A stretch of DNA of 53,659 nucleotides, the filler included, from Squatina squatina (Eukaryota): the NCBI GenBank assembly GCA_031763465.1. It is 3 parts of 3 records of this genome, joined end to end, with 100 filler letters (N's around TTAATTAATTAA, not from the genome) between each part and the next. Parts side by side here need not be neighbours in the genome. Positions count along the whole stretch, not along the records: positions 34,937 to 53,659 come from JARFOE010000203.1; 2 more parts are not named here. One strand, 5' to 3'. Every line of letters starts with the position of its first letter. Within the stretch, counting starts at the first letter, position 1. The notes beneath the pieces are model-generated. The model was not told the origin of the DNA, made no database searches, and saw only the letters and a program-made list of their open reading frames with translations. Below are positions 50,348 to 53,659 of the stretch, piece by piece. Both the position numbers and the translations under genes were made by a program.

Positions 50348-51250
50348 GTCCCTCGAGGTCGGGATGACTTGTTTCCACTCCGAAGTTGTGGGTTCTGAGA
50401 TGACTGAACAGTCCTATCCAGGATCTACAAACTCTGCCGCAGGTGGGGCAGGTGGTATTTGCTGGGGCAACAGAATGGGATGCTCAGGTTTCCGCGAGCT
50501 CCTTCTGCTGCCTGCGCTTGGCCTCCACGTGCTCCCGCTGGAGAAGCTCGAAGTGGTTGGCGCCTTCGCAGGTGCTTCTCCTCCAGTTCGGGTGCTCTTG
50601 GGCTAGAGATTCCCAGGAGTCAGTGGGCATGTTACATTTTTTCAGGGAGGCTTTGAGAACATCCTTGAGGCGCTTCCTCTGCCCTCCTGGCAATCACTTG
50701 CCGTGACAAAGCTTGGAATACAGTGCTTGTTTTGGGAGTCTTGAGTCGAGCATGCGGACAATGTGACCCGCCCATCACAGCTGGTTGAGTGTGACCAGTG
50801 CCTCGATGCTGGGCATGTTGGCCTGAGAGAGGACGCTGACATTGGTATGCCTATCCTGCCAGTGCAATTGCAGGACTTTGCAGAGGCAGTGTTGGTTTTA
50901 CTTCTCCAGTGCGTTGAGGTGTCTACTGTATATTGCCCATGTCTCAAATGCATACAGGAGGGTGGGTATCACTGCTGCCCTGTGGACCATGAGCTTGGTG
51001 CTGGGTTTGAGGTCCTTATCTTCAAACACTCTGTTCGTCAAGCAGCCAAAGGCTGTGCTGGCACACTGGAGGCGGTGTTGGATTTCGTTATCTATGTCTG
51101 CCCTCGCTGAGAGGGGGCTCCCAAGGTATGAAAAGTGATCCACGTTGTCCAGGGGCTCGCCATGGATCTTGATAGTCAGGGGGGCAGTGTTGTGTGGCTG
51201 GGGAAGGCTGGTGTAGGATCTTTGTCTTGCGGATGTTTAGTTTGAGGCCC
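50348..51250 (-). mobile_element. RTE-clade LINE 3' portion
   Basis: FSYLGS.LS..ADIDNEIQHRLQCASTAFG, TKLMV.RA.VIPTLLY..ETW, GGQRKR.KDVLKASLK. Confidence 0.88.
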
Positions 51251-52399
51251 NNNNNNNNNNNNNNNNNNNNNNNNNNNNNNNNNNNNNNNNNNNNNNNNNN
51301 NNNNNNNNNNNNNNNNNNNNNNNNNNNNNNNNNNNNNNNNNNNNNNNNNNGTGCAAATTATACCATGGTTGGCTTCACTTGGTGTCGAAACTAGACAAGT
51401 CTGTGGTACAAGATCTCTAGGGTTGTTCAGACACTTGAGATCTTTGCTGAATGTCCATGGGTATTCAAACCCTCTAGGTGACATTCTCGTGAGTAAAAGT
51501 TTGAAGCCATTTTGCTTAAACTTTTGTAGCACTTTTCTGCACTCTACTGTTAACCTCAATGGGGATAATGGGAAGACTTAGAAATGGAAGAAGCAGTGGA
51601 AAATATCACCCAAATGGAAATATCTTGGCAGTGCCAATGGAATATTTAAAAACCTGCCCTCCAAAACTAAATAGCAGTAGCAGAAAGTAAATTCAAACAT
51701 TAAAACCTGAGTGGCAAAACTTAAAGGACAAACTGAGAATCGACTGAAATGTACACATTCTATAATATAACTGAATACTGTACAAGTCTAACACACTCAG
51801 ATGTTACTGATGATGATCGCAACACAGCCTTCATCAGCTCATGCTGTATGCCTAGTTGACTCGTATTATATGGCTGTAGGTAACTGAAATATCTCTCAAA
51901 TTTGATCATGTATACTATTGGGGGCATAAAGACTGTGTTACCAGTGGGCAAGTAACAAAGTGGATGGGTACAGTGGGTTAGACACTGGCCATTCATCTCT
52001 GGGACCTGTTGGCCAAGCTTTCTTTAGGATTTCCATTCTTCAACCAGCTTTTCCAGCTGTCTTTACACTTGTCCAAGTAAGGATAAGATGTGATTAAGAG
52101 CTGAATATTTGTAACTGTAGAGAGATTGTAATCTTAATTAATTTCCCTCCTACCTACCATATACATCCTGTTAAGTTGTGTCGGTCCACACATGTAATAT
52201 CATGGCCTATGTAAGTATGTAATAGAACATCCACTCAAAATGACTGTGGAACTGAGTCAACAAAACAAACTGGCACGGGATCTATATATTGATCATAGCA
52301 TGTGTGTTCAATATAAATATTGCACCATTGACATTGGTTTTCTTTTGAAATTCAGGTTGAAAGTAATGGGATCAATCAAAGTAAACAGTTAGCAGATGC

Positions 52400-52830
52400 C
52401 TTGGATCAAGCATTTCATACTCTCCAAAAAAGCTATAAAGGCTGTTAATGAGACTTCAGTTATCTGACATACAGGTTGTTTATCAGCCAGGAAAACAGAT
52501 GCAGCTTGATGATACCTTAAGCAGAACATATTTGTTTTATAGTTCCAAGGACAAGCTACAGGAAAAGTCAGTGACAGTCAAGATGATCGAAAACCTGCCT
52601 ACCGTCAAGCATTGGCTGTGTGATATTGAGTTACATAATGCAAGAAATGAAAGGCTTCAAATTCTGAAGAACCTATCTTGAATGATTGGCCACACAGCAA
52701 GGAACAGCAGGCAGCTCAGTGATTCAATTCTTCGATTTTATAAATGAACTTAATATCCAGCATGACATCCTTCTTTAGAGGAAGATGAGTAGTCATACTG
52801 AAAGCATTGAGAAAGGACATAATGCAGCTC
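52400..52830 (+). mobile_element. Degraded Ty3/Gypsy pol fragment (RNase H end and linker)
   Basis: MRLQLSDIQVVYQPGKQMQLDDTLSR; LQILKNL.LNDWP. Confidence 0.65.
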
Positions 52831-53659
52831 ATCCATTCTTCCCACACTGCTGCATGGTCTGGTTCCTGCTTTCACCCAACATTTTTGCCTTGTGCTTAAC
52901 TTCAGACCAGTTCGCCAATCAAACAAAACCTGTCTCCTTATGTGTGCCATCAGTAGAACAGCAGGTCAGGGGATTAAAAGTGCCCCTCTAATTCTGGTAT
53001 ATGGTGCACTGGAGATCACATGAGTTGCTCACTCTGTTCTCCTGTCTTCTCAAAATGATTGTAAATGCTGCACAGTCAGACTAATGTGGACAAGCTAAAA
53101 TGAATAAATGTATTTGCAAGATAATGCACAGAAACAGTAAGATACAGCAGGAAACTAAAAGTGCAATATTTAAAATAATAAGCAAAGAATGACTCCCAGC
53201 CATATATGGCAAGCGTGTAAATCAGACAACTGAGAGCAAGAAACTAATGGGGCTGCCATTGAGCTCGCTTTATTGTCCATCCTATTTTCTGCCATCATTT
53301 CTAGCAATTGGGAGAAGTGCTTACCCAAAAATGGGTGGACGCATGCAGATGTGATGATATTGTACCTCACATTTTCCATTGTATTAGTGATGGTTATGCT
53401 ATCGCTGGGGTTGCTGGGCACTAGAGAAAAGGCAGCAGTGGCCACCAGCTAGATTTGTAGTAATTACAGAAAGTTTATTTACAATTCAATTCGGGTGCTT
53501 TATTTATTTATTTGCTGCTAGAAAAAGCAATTGTATCCAGCTCACCATGGACAATTGGTCAACTGCATGACAAAACACTCCAATTTTACAGAGTGGCAGG
53601 ATTTCTGAAGATGGTTGTGAATGCTTCAGCCTTGTCTTTTGCACACGTACTGGGCTCCG

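Overview
Vertebrate nuclear DNA. The repeat content (CR1, L2, RTE, Penelope-like, SacSINE1-like, Harbinger) points to a cartilaginous fish, which is an inference. The window is probably not one locus: two artificial 100-nt spacers (N44-TTAATTAATTAA-N44 at 21538-21637 and 34837-34936) join three pieces. Piece 1 (1-21537) holds an intact intronless HCAR1/GPR81-like GPCR (12209-13255) and a 3' remnant of a tandem paralog (about 20760-20990). These sit among nested LINEs, three PIF/Harbinger remnants (transposase and spliced Myb/SANT genes), Harbinger-type MITEs, and a hAT-ended composite carrying a Gypsy pol fragment. Piece 2 (21638-34836) is almost entirely decayed retroelements. Piece 3 (34937-53659) is an internal part of a minus-strand CSMD2-like gene with six visible exons and transposon-filled introns. 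I found no convincing new biological system. The best leads are the altered HCAR ligand pocket, the Harbinger/MITE family with a positionally conserved CRE-like palindrome, and the hAT/Gypsy composite. Family assignments rely on remembered motifs, not database searches.
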